The notes beneath the pieces were generated by a model. That model saw only the letters and a list, made by a program, of their open reading frames with translations. It was not told the origin of the DNA and searched no databases. The position numbers and the translations under genes are program-made. DNA of 64,000 nt, from contig CP084166.1 in the NCBI GenBank assembly GCA_021513695.1, forward strand, positions 1,440,001 to 1,504,000. The letters run 5' to 3'. This DNA comes from Candidatus Heimdallarchaeum aukensis (lineage in GTDB: Archaea > Asgardarchaeota > Heimdallarchaeia > Heimdallarchaeales > Heimdallarchaeaceae). Below are positions 19,239-27,386 of the stretch, piece after piece (position 1 is the stretch's first letter; each line of letters starts with the position of its first letter).

Positions 19239-19865
19239 ATGATGGAGGAAATGATACACAATATTTGGATTGCTAAGGATACTGGTGAATGTCTATATCA
19301 TAGAAGATTTAATGATGACATCAACATAGATGAGAATTTAATAACCAGCTTTCTCTCTGCAATTGAAATTTTTGCTCAAAATGTCGATTCTGGCTGTGAA
19401 CAGCTTGAAACAAAAAGGTACAAATTCATCTATGCACAAACAGATAACACTGTCACAGTTGCTTGTATTGACAAAAATGATGATGATACCTATATCAAGA
19501 AAGAAGTAGAAGCAATTCAAAATGAGTTTAAATCCCGTTTCAGTAAAATGTTAGAAAATTGGAATGGAAGAGTAGAGTTATTTAGTACAATGGATGAATT
19601 CGTCGATAAAAGATTATCTTCCTTTAATTCCATTCTTGGTTCGTTTAAGAATAAAAAACTGGAGCTGAATGAGATGATTATTAAGCAAAAACCTAAATTA
19701 AAACTCAGTCCTCAGCAAGAGAAAGTCATATCACTGATCAGATATAAAGGGACAGCCACGTTACAGGACATTTGTAAATGGATGAAATTAACTGAGCCAG
19801 ATGCAGAAATAGCTGCAAAGAGCCTTTTACACAATAATATTATACGTGAGGTTACAGGCGCTTAA
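19239..19865 (+). CDS. longin/roadblock-like domain protein with C-terminal winged helix
   Basis: 208 aa. The N-terminal ~110 aa show an alternating beta-beta-alpha-beta-beta-beta-alpha pattern (IWIAKDTGECLYHRRF...LITSFLSAIEIFAQNV...YKFIYAQTDNTVTVACID...EVEAIQNEFKSRF). An ENWNG motif follows. The C-terminus has a wHTH-like stretch (EKVISLIRYKGTATLQDICKWMKLTEPDAEIAAKSLLHNNII). Confidence 0.5.
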   Translation: MMEEMIHNIWIAKDTGECLYHRRFNDDINIDENLITSFLSAIEIFAQNVDSGCEQLETKRYKFIYAQTDNTVTVACIDKNDDDTYIKKEVEAIQNEFKSRFSKMLENWNGRVELFSTMDEFVDKRLSSFNSILGSFKNKKLELNEMIIKQKPKLKLSPQQEKVISLIRYKGTATLQDICKWMKLTEPDAEIAAKSLLHNNIIREVTGA

Positions 19866-20129
19866 CTATTTCTTTTTCTCTTTTATTTCCTTCTTTGGTG
19901 AAGAGTTACTCATCCACTCAGGTTCAGTTTGTTTTCCAAATTCTTTATTGAATTCTTGAACTAAAACTCTAGCTTGTTTAGCGGTATTTACTGTCATTAT
20001 TTGTTTTTTATAAACATCTATTCGTTTATTGCAATAGGGACATTGCTTTGTTTTCTGTCCTGTTTTGCAATAAGAGAATTTTCCACAATATCTGTTTGAA
20101 CAACGTACTATTGTATACACACTTTTCAC
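19866..20129 (-). CDS. DUF1922-like zinc-ribbon protein
   Basis: I infer a GTG start at 20129 overlapping the upstream TGA (GTGA). It has a Cys4 ribbon (RCSNRYCGKF...QCPYCNKRI). The longer ORF 19866..20204 would overlap the YjbQ gene. Confidence 0.55.
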   Translation of the reverse strand: MKSVYTIVRCSNRYCGKFSYCKTGQKTKQCPYCNKRIDVYKKQIMTVNTAKQARVLVQEFNKEFGKQTEPEWMSNSSPKKEIKEKKK

Positions 20130-20539
20130 TGTCCAATGATTGTAACTGCGACTCTTCGATGTCTGCTTCTCACATCTAGACAAATAAAAACTGGTTGTTG
20201 CCATGTTCCTAACTGTAACCGTGAATTATGAATAGATAAAGATAAACTTGGACCAATTAAACTTGCTCTTAAGTGTGAATGAGCGTTTGAATCAATCATG
20301 TCGTGTTTATATCCCGCACCTTTTGGGACTAGTTTCTCTAATATCTGTTTAAAGTCACTTAGTACTCTTGATTCATACTCTATCGTAGTTAAAGCTCCCG
20401 TAGAACCTATTACATTTGCAGACAAAATACCATTCTTTATTTTTGATTTAGAAACAAGATCTTCAAACATTGAAGTTAGATCTACAATAGTTATTTCTCC
20501 TTTTGTATCAAATTCTAGTATTTCAGAATAGACATTCAT
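20126..20539 (-). CDS. YjbQ/UPF0047 family protein (secondary thiamine-phosphate synthase family)
   Basis: 137 aa with ITIVDLT, GSTGALTTIEYE, NAHSHLRASLIGPSLSL and LGTWQ motifs typical of the family. Confidence 0.8.
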   Translation of the reverse strand: MNVYSEILEFDTKGEITIVDLTSMFEDLVSKSKIKNGILSANVIGSTGALTTIEYESRVLSDFKQILEKLVPKGAGYKHDMIDSNAHSHLRASLIGPSLSLSIHNSRLQLGTWQQPVFICLDVRSRHRRVAVTIIGQ

Positions 20540-20660
20540 TTTCTCTTCAAATATTGTATAGCATTATCTTTTTTAATTCTTGGTTTTAATTAAAAGATTG
20601 ATTTTTTTCAAAAATCGTAAAAATGTTTATTATCTTTCATACGTAAATAAATTGGATAAT

Positions 20661-22931
20661 ATGGTAATACAAGAAGAGAGTAAGGACATCATAGAAGACT
20701 CACCTTTTAACCGCCTTGTTCTTGCAGAAATGGAGAGAGAACGACTTTACTCTACATTTGCTTTAGTTGACGAATTTAATGAAATTGCGTCTTCATGGTT
20801 AGAATTTTCAGATTTTTGTGCAAAATCATTATTTAATTTAACAAATTTATCATTTCTTCTCTATGAGCGGTATCTTGATGAATTTAATAGAGATAAGCAA
20901 CAAATAGAGATAAATTTTGAACGTAAAAGCTTCATTATTAAGAGAATAGAAAATCTGCAACAATTCCAAATGGAAGCAGCTATTTTAATGATTCTCTATG
21001 CAGATATTGTTAACACAGGCATTTTTGAGTCTAAACCTGCAGAAAATTTTTGTTATTTAAACATTGAAGGATATAAGGTTCTTGAGAAAATCTCTTCTAC
21101 ATATTTCGATTCTACTCATCCCAGGGCCTCATCAATTGAAGATATTATGGTAAAGTTATTTACAATAAGTCAAAAAGTCCAAATTGTGAAGATACTAAAT
21201 GATTCGCCAATTAAAAAAGCAAAAGAACCATCTTTTATTCAAGAACAACTTGAGTTGGAAAGATTATTAGCAAGTTTTGAGTTTGATTTTATTGCTAAGT
21301 TAATAGAAGAACTCGGAAAAAGATGGTGGTGGTATGACCCAATTGCAATACATTTTAGCTATGAAAGAGCAATGAAACACTTAGAAAAATCTCTTTCCCT
21401 TTTAGAACATAGTGAGGAAAATGTTCTACAAATTAAAGAAGAAATTAAAAATAAGATCTCAACAATAGATAAAATTTGGAGAAATAAAGCACTAATTGAT
21501 CACTTTTATAGAATCACATTAGAAGCAGCTAAAAAAGACAACTTTGTTGCAAGCATCGAATACCTAAACTTAATTTTAGGATTAATCGATGAAATCATTG
21601 AATATTTTCAAAACAATAATGAACATTTAGAAAGCGAAGAACAATTTTATGAAGAAATAGAAGAACGTAAAAACGATTTAAAAGTTTTTCATATTGTTGT
21701 CAGACTAGCTCTTTCTGTAGCTGAAATCATAAACAAACAAACCTCAATAGATAAAGCATTGTTAGAAAAAAAACTTACAGAAATAGAAAAAATATGCAAA
21801 GATTCTTCATTGTTTTCCAATATAAATTACTTCTCTGAAATTATTTATGTTTATCAAGGCTTTGTTCAAACAGCTAGAATTGGTATACTGAAGAAACAAA
21901 AAACAGAGAAAATCTTGAATAATGCAATAGCACAATTTGAATACTATATAGTCAAACTTGAGAATAGTTTAACAAAAATTGCTAATGATTTTTATAAGAA
22001 AGTCCATAAAGGGACGCTAAAAAGTACTGATTTTAAAAATTACTTAAAAAAGATTGAAGAGTTAAAGTACATCAGTTTCTTTTTACCTAACTTAGAACAA
22101 AAACTCAATCTTACACGAGAAATAGAGTCAATGGAATGTTATATTAAATCAATAGCTGCATTAAAACAGTCACAATCCCAAGAGTTGTCTGAAATTGAAA
22201 AACTCATCTATTATTCGAAAGCACACTATTTCTCAAATAAAGCTTTAGATTTGTCTCAAAGTAAGGAAAAAGCCATAATTCCTGACAATTGGCTTGAAGA
22301 GCAGTTCCTTAAAACTTTCACTGAAGGGAGAGAAGTCGAGTTAAAACTTTTTGAATTATCACGTCAATTTCTTTTTCTAAATAAAGTAATAGATGAAATT
22401 GCTTATTGCTTTGACATTTCAGAAAAAAAGAAAGAAAAAATTGAAAATTATGAGACAGTTCTTCAATTTCACTTTAGAAAATTTGAACTCTTTGAAATCA
22501 TTAACAAACAGATAGAAGAAAATTGTTTAGAATCCCTGAAATACAGAGAAATATCAAATGATATTGTAATTGTAGATAAAAACGTCAATTGGCAAATTAT
22601 TGAAGCTAAAAAAATATTGGCATCTTCAGCAGACAAATTAATCAAAGCACTTAAAAAATGCGCCCTTGGTTATGCAGCAGATAGAAGTAAAGACAACTAT
22701 AAAGCAGCTGTTTTATTTAATGAAGGTTATAAGCTGGTTCAGGAAGCATGTAATATTTTAGACCCACTAACTACATATGACAAACAATTTGCTGATTTGG
22801 CAAAAACAACTTACGAATTCAATTTGTTTCTAAAGGAACTTGAACGTTTGGAACTTGAGAAGAAAAAAATAAAAGAATTTCCTCTAGAAAAAGTGTTGTC
22901 TCTAGTTAAGAAAATAATTTTCTTTTCGTAA
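20661..22931 (+). CDS. large all-alpha hypothetical protein (about 756 aa)
   Basis: ORF 20580..22931, trimmed to the first ATG at 20661. It is K/E/L/I-rich with helical-repeat-like composition. I recognise no catalytic motif. Confidence 0.55.
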   Translation: MVIQEESKDIIEDSPFNRLVLAEMERERLYSTFALVDEFNEIASSWLEFSDFCAKSLFNLTNLSFLLYERYLDEFNRDKQQIEINFERKSFIIKRIENLQQFQMEAAILMILYADIVNTGIFESKPAENFCYLNIEGYKVLEKISSTYFDSTHPRASSIEDIMVKLFTISQKVQIVKILNDSPIKKAKEPSFIQEQLELERLLASFEFDFIAKLIEELGKRWWWYDPIAIHFSYERAMKHLEKSLSLLEHSEENVLQIKEEIKNKISTIDKIWRNKALIDHFYRITLEAAKKDNFVASIEYLNLILGLIDEIIEYFQNNNEHLESEEQFYEEIEERKNDLKVFHIVVRLALSVAEIINKQTSIDKALLEKKLTEIEKICKDSSLFSNINYFSEIIYVYQGFVQTARIGILKKQKTEKILNNAIAQFEYYIVKLENSLTKIANDFYKKVHKGTLKSTDFKNYLKKIEELKYISFFLPNLEQKLNLTREIESMECYIKSIAALKQSQSQELSEIEKLIYYSKAHYFSNKALDLSQSKEKAIIPDNWLEEQFLKTFTEGREVELKLFELSRQFLFLNKVIDEIAYCFDISEKKKEKIENYETVLQFHFRKFELFEIINKQIEENCLESLKYREISNDIVIVDKNVNWQIIEAKKILASSADKLIKALKKCALGYAADRSKDNYKAAVLFNEGYKLVQEACNILDPLTTYDKQFADLAKTTYEFNLFLKELERLELEKKKIKEFPLEKVLSLVKKIIFFS

Positions 22932-22975
22932 TACCTTTACATAATCTTTAAAATTTTATCAAAAAATTAACTCAC

Positions 22976-23824
22976 ATGAATAGTTTTCTGCTAAACGATG
23001 AGGAAAAAAAACAAATACTTTCTAAATACACAGAATTCTCATCTTTACGAGGTGAACCAAATAAAGAATTAGATCAATATTTTGTAACGCAAGATACTAG
23101 TTTAAAGAGAGCCTTGCTATTTGAACCAGAAGAATACGAAAGTAAGTGGGTTATTTTTCTAGGAGATATGGATCTAGTAGGTTTTCACTTAGGATTATTA
23201 GCAAAACCTAAGGACTTAGCGGTACTTGATATTGATAAAAGAATGCCAGAAATGGTTTTTTCAATGAAGTTTAACTACAAAATTAGATCAGCTCGATATA
23301 TTAACCATGATTTAAGAATAAGGATGTTGGCAGTATTAAAAAATCAATATGATTTTATTTTCACAGAATCACCTATGACAATTGAGGGCAATGAAGTTTT
23401 CCTTTCTCGCGCTGTACAATGTGCAAAAAAAGACGGTAATAGTAGAATAATATTGTCAACAGATGTTAAAGATGAAAAACGAGATGAGTTATACTCACTT
23501 TTTGATCAAATGAATCTTGAAGTTGAGCAACATATTAAAGACTTTAACAGCTACTCCTTTGAGACTGCTTTAGGCAAAAAGAACTCTGATTTATTCATCC
23601 TCCGCGTTTTAGAAAATTCAAAAGAGAACATAGTCAATCACTATTTAGGCCCAATGTTTTTCAGAGAGATAGAACAAGAAACAAAACCATATAGATGTAA
23701 ATGTGGGAATATCATAGAAGTAGGGAAAGATGTGTCTTCATTAGATGAACTATACGAAAAAGGTTGCCCTGAATGTGGTCATAAAGAAGTATTTGTTTAC
23801 AACTCTTCAATTAAATTAGAGTAA
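22976..23824 (+). CDS. DUF43-type (BpsA C-terminal-domain-like) methyltransferase-fold protein with a C-terminal zinc ribbon
   Basis: It has VIFLGDMDLVGFHLG, VLDIDKRM, HDLR, YDFIFTESPMTIEGNEVFLSRA and then CKCG...CPECGH. The pattern matches the DUF43 aminopropyl/methyl-transferase fold. Confidence 0.55.
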   Translation: MNSFLLNDEEKKQILSKYTEFSSLRGEPNKELDQYFVTQDTSLKRALLFEPEEYESKWVIFLGDMDLVGFHLGLLAKPKDLAVLDIDKRMPEMVFSMKFNYKIRSARYINHDLRIRMLAVLKNQYDFIFTESPMTIEGNEVFLSRAVQCAKKDGNSRIILSTDVKDEKRDELYSLFDQMNLEVEQHIKDFNSYSFETALGKKNSDLFILRVLENSKENIVNHYLGPMFFREIEQETKPYRCKCGNIIEVGKDVSSLDELYEKGCPECGHKEVFVYNSSIKLE

Positions 23825-23828
23825 ATTA

Positions 23829-24182
23829 GTGAGAAATATGACTCAAGTTCAAACAGAAACAAGATGCGCAAATTGTGATAGGGTAATTAAGCTAACTCCA
23901 GAAATTTTAGAATCAGGTTGTCCAGATTGTGGTTCGTTTAAATTTATAACCAAAAGGATTTTAACAGATTTGGAGAAACAACAAAAAGAAGTAAAGGTCT
24001 TGATAGATAAAGAAATGAGAGAAGAAGATATTACAAAAGATATATCTTCTATAAGACTGAGTACTGAAGGGACATTTGAAATTGATTTAGAGAAACTGCT
24101 CGAAGAAGTAACTGAAAACAAGCCTATAATAACAAGAAATAAGGACGGAACCTATCATGTCAAGTTCCCTGAAAAAAAATAA
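23829..24182 (+). CDS. small zinc-ribbon protein with a charged helical tail
   Basis: 117 aa (GTG at 23829; alternative ATG at 23838). It has RCANCDRV...GCPDCGS followed by a K/E-rich segment. It may belong to the archaeal Zn-ribbon-containing family (DUF2072-like), which I have not verified. Confidence 0.5.
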   Translation: MRNMTQVQTETRCANCDRVIKLTPEILESGCPDCGSFKFITKRILTDLEKQQKEVKVLIDKEMREEDITKDISSIRLSTEGTFEIDLEKLLEEVTENKPIITRNKDGTYHVKFPEKK

Positions 24183-24266
24183 ATTGGATAAGCAAAATTT
24201 ACTTTTAAATCACAACTTTTAAATCAAGACTAGAAGAAGTAGAAATGAAATAGGAGTACAAAAAAA

Positions 24267-24932
24267 ATGGTCGCTAAAGATCAACTTGATAAGGAAGATA
24301 GAATAAAAAAGGGAGTAGAAGAGATTCTAAGCTTCAGAGGATATGAAATTAAAAAAATAAATACAGATGATGATTATATTGATTTTTACGCTGAAAAAAC
24401 TGATGAAGACGGAGAAGAAACAAATTTAATTGTCAGATTTCCTAGAAAAGCGAGCATAGGAGTAAAAACAATAAGAGAACTTGATCAATATAGAAAAGAT
24501 GAAGATATTCAAGATGCAATAATTATAGCAGAAGGAGCTTTAACTCACTATGCAAAAAGAGAATGTTTAGAACGAGGAGTGGAAATAATAAGTGGAACAA
24601 ATCCCCTTTTTAATATCTTTGATCACATAATGGTTCCACTTCATATAAAACTTGAAGATGATGAAGTTGAAGAAGTTTTAAAGAAATATCAAATAAAGAA
24701 GCATCAATTGCCAAAGATCCTAGACTCAGACCCTGCGATTAAAGCTATTCAAGCAAACCCAGGAGATATAATAAAGATAATTAGAAACCCAAACATGGGA
24801 GAAGCAGGAGTATATTATCGATATGTTATCAGATCTACATCAAGATTAAGGCTAGCAGCAAAAACTCAACGCTCCTCTTTAGAAGAAGAAGTTGTAGAAG
24901 ACATAGAAGAAGATATAGAAGAAGAACTTTAG
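24267..24932 (+). CDS. rpoH: RNA polymerase subunit Rpo5/RpoH with a eukaryote-type Rpb5 N-terminal domain and an acidic tail
   Basis: The C-terminal core (HIMVPLHIKL..., HQLPKILDSDPAIKAI, PGDIIKIIR, YYRYVI) matches the RpoH/Rpb5 C-terminal domain. The N-terminal ~120 aa (RGYEI, IVRFPRKASIGVKTIREL, AIIIAEGALTHYAKR) parallel the human/yeast Rpb5 N-terminal domain. Confidence 0.85.
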   Translation: MVAKDQLDKEDRIKKGVEEILSFRGYEIKKINTDDDYIDFYAEKTDEDGEETNLIVRFPRKASIGVKTIRELDQYRKDEDIQDAIIIAEGALTHYAKRECLERGVEIISGTNPLFNIFDHIMVPLHIKLEDDEVEEVLKKYQIKKHQLPKILDSDPAIKAIQANPGDIIKIIRNPNMGEAGVYYRYVIRSTSRLRLAAKTQRSSLEEEVVEDIEEDIEEEL

Positions 24933-24963
24933 AAAAACTTTAGAAAAACTTTAGAAAAACTTT
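24926..24963. repeat. 3.5 copies of an 11-bp tandem repeat (actttagaaaa)
   Basis: Read directly: actttagaaaa x3 followed by acttt. The first copy contains the rpoH stop codon TAG. Because the period is 11, TAG falls in all three frames. Confidence 0.9.
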
Positions 24964-25042
24964 CTTTCTTAAAAAAAGTAAAAGAAGAAATGTGATTTGT
25001 TTTTCTGAAAGATTTATTACATCCTTCTTTTCTTTTCATTTA

Positions 25043-25984
25043 ATGAAAGAAAAAGGTAAAATTGTTTTTTTAGGTGGTGGTACAGGAACACCTAAACTTA
25101 TACAAGGGATTAGGAGAATTATTAATGAAGAGAATATCACTGTAATTACCAATACAGCAGATGATATAACTCTTTATGGTTTATATATATCTCCAGATGT
25201 AGATACATATCTTTACCTTTTTTCAAATTTACTTGACACTAAAAAATTCTGGGGTATAGAAGGAGATTCTTATTATACTTATTCATTTCTAAAGAAATTC
25301 GACAAAAATGCTTGGTTCACTTTGGGAGATAAAGATTTAGCTATCCATCTCTTTAGAACACAAAAACTTCAAGAAGGGAAGAACCTTTCAGAAATAACAA
25401 CTATCTTAGCCAATCGTTTAAATATAAAAGCAAAAATTTTACCATGTACAGATAATCATATAGAAACAAGAATTGTTACAAAAAATGGCCATGACATTCA
25501 TTTTCAAGAGTTTTGGGTACGCGAAAAAGCAAACTTATCTATTAAAGAAATATATGTTAAGGGAATAGAAAACGCGATTATTCCTGATGATATTTTTAGC
25601 GAAATTGAGGAAGCAGATAAAATTATTTTAGGTCCTAGCAATCCAATAACAAGTATCGGTCCGATAATTTCGATAAAAAAAATTAGACAGTCATTAAAGA
25701 AAAATAAAGAGAAATGCATAGCTATTAGTCCTATTGTTGGAGATAGGGCAATAAGTGGACCTACATGTCAATTTCTTGCAACTAAAAACAAAAATTGCTC
25801 AATAAAAGATATAATTTCCCTTTATGAAGATTTTATTACATGCTTTTTTATTGATGAGTCTGATAAGAACATAGAAGAACAAATTAAAAATATCTATCCA
25901 AATTTAGATATTCGAAATGAAAATATAGTAATGAAAGATATTAGTATCTCACAGAATTTAGCAAAAACATTGCTTAAGGTGTAA
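25043..25984 (+). CDS. cofD: 2-phospho-L-lactate transferase (LPPG:FO transferase)
   Basis: ORF 24992..25984, trimmed to the Met at 25043 (MKEKGKIVFLGGGTGTPKLIQG). It also has NTADD, LGDKDLA and ILGPSNPITSIGPI motifs of the CofD family. Confidence 0.85.
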   Translation: MKEKGKIVFLGGGTGTPKLIQGIRRIINEENITVITNTADDITLYGLYISPDVDTYLYLFSNLLDTKKFWGIEGDSYYTYSFLKKFDKNAWFTLGDKDLAIHLFRTQKLQEGKNLSEITTILANRLNIKAKILPCTDNHIETRIVTKNGHDIHFQEFWVREKANLSIKEIYVKGIENAIIPDDIFSEIEEADKIILGPSNPITSIGPIISIKKIRQSLKKNKEKCIAISPIVGDRAISGPTCQFLATKNKNCSIKDIISLYEDFITCFFIDESDKNIEEQIKNIYPNLDIRNENIVMKDISISQNLAKTLLKV

Positions 25985-25986
25985 AA

Positions 25987-26775
25987 ATGGAAATCTCTCC
26001 ACCTATTATTCAATCTGCATTAGCGGGATATACAACACCATCATTCATTCAATCAATATTAGATAATGGTGCGGGTATGGCTACATTTGGAGGTTATTCT
26101 TTAGATAAATTAACAAATGAGGGATCAACTGAAATAATTAAGAGAAATAGAAAAGAGATTTTACTCCCACGAGATGAAACTGAATTTCAAAAGTGGTGCA
26201 ATCTAAATTTAAATGTAAAAAAAAGTTCAGATAAACAATTAATTGCAATTAATTTACGAATATCTAAAATAGACCAAGAAACTTTAAGAAAAATAAATTT
26301 TTTATCAAACTTTATTGATATTATAGAATTAAATGCTCATTGTAGACAGAAAGAAATTGTAGAAAGGAGAGGAGGAGAGTATTTACTCAAAGATATTAAT
26401 CATTTAGACTACATACTAGAAAAAATCAGAAAAACTTCTCCAAATGATAAAAAGATCGGGATAAAAATCAGAGGTTACATTGTAAAAGACCAACAAAAAC
26501 TAGTGAATGTTCTTGAATCAAGATCTGTTGACTATTTACATATTGACTGCATGGAACCTGGAAAACCCTATGCAAACTTAAAAATACTAAAATCTTTTTC
26601 TGAATTAACAGATATCACTTTAATTGGAAATAACTCTGTTAGAAATGTAAAAGATGTTCAACAAATGATTGATGCAGGAGCTTCTGCTGTTTCAATCGCA
26701 AGACCTTTAATTACTAACCCTAGTTCTATCAAAAGGTTAATATCAGAATGCAAAAACAAAGGAATTCTAAAATGA
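25987..26775 (+). CDS. Dus-like (dihydrouridine-synthase/DHOD-like) FMN TIM-barrel protein
   Basis: The pattern parallels the Dus family: SALAGYTTPSFIQSILDNGAG, IELNAHCRQKEIVERRGGEYLLKD, IGIKIRG, LHIDC and LIGNNSVRNVKDVQQMIDAGASAVSIARPLITNP. It starts 2 nt after the cofD stop and its TGA overlaps the cofC ATG. Confidence 0.6.
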   Translation: MEISPPIIQSALAGYTTPSFIQSILDNGAGMATFGGYSLDKLTNEGSTEIIKRNRKEILLPRDETEFQKWCNLNLNVKKSSDKQLIAINLRISKIDQETLRKINFLSNFIDIIELNAHCRQKEIVERRGGEYLLKDINHLDYILEKIRKTSPNDKKIGIKIRGYIVKDQQKLVNVLESRSVDYLHIDCMEPGKPYANLKILKSFSELTDITLIGNNSVRNVKDVQQMIDAGASAVSIARPLITNPSSIKRLISECKNKGILK

Positions 26776-27377
26776 CCAAGACAGCATTCCTCATTCCATA
26801 TAAAGGAACAAATAAAGCAAAAACCAGATTAAGAAGAAAACTTAATGGAGAAGTTGTAGATAAACTCCTTTTTCGTCTCTTCGGAGCGGTAATTCAAGAA
26901 CTATCAGAAATGAAAATAGAAAAGTCTATATACATCTTAACAAAAAACTCTAATCTTCTTCTTAATGAGAATTGTATAAAAATAGTTGACAAAAAAGATG
27001 ACTTTAATGAAGCTATTGTTGAAGCTGTTAAAGATCTAAGTGAAGAAAATATCATAATCATCATGGCTGATCTTTACAAAATTAAAAAAAAAGAGATTAG
27101 ACGAATTATTAAATTAAGAAAAAAGTATTCTGTGGTTATTGCACCCTCAGAAAATGATGGAACTAGCATTTTTGCATTTTCTAAAAAATTACTTTCTGAA
27201 ATAGAATTCTGTTTTGGAAATAATTCTTCATTAATATTTGAAAAACAATTTAAGCAAAAAGGAATAAATTATTTTAAATTACGCTATAAGAATGTTTTTA
27301 AGGATATAGATAACCTTGAAGATATTCTTAGTATAAAAAAATTAGCAAAAGAATTAAACTTATTCAACAAAAATTAG
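26772..27377 (+). CDS. cofC: 2-phospho-L-lactate guanylyltransferase
   Basis: ORF 26748..27377. The ATG at 26772 forms an ATGA overlap with the upstream stop. It has AFLIPYKGTNKAKTRL and MADLYKI/DGTSIF features of the CofC/FbiD nucleotidyltransferase family, and it lies in a cofD operon context. Confidence 0.7.
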   Translation: MTKTAFLIPYKGTNKAKTRLRRKLNGEVVDKLLFRLFGAVIQELSEMKIEKSIYILTKNSNLLLNENCIKIVDKKDDFNEAIVEAVKDLSEENIIIIMADLYKIKKKEIRRIIKLRKKYSVVIAPSENDGTSIFAFSKKLLSEIEFCFGNNSSLIFEKQFKQKGINYFKLRYKNVFKDIDNLEDILSIKKLAKELNLFNKN

Positions 27378-27386
27378 GGATAAAAG

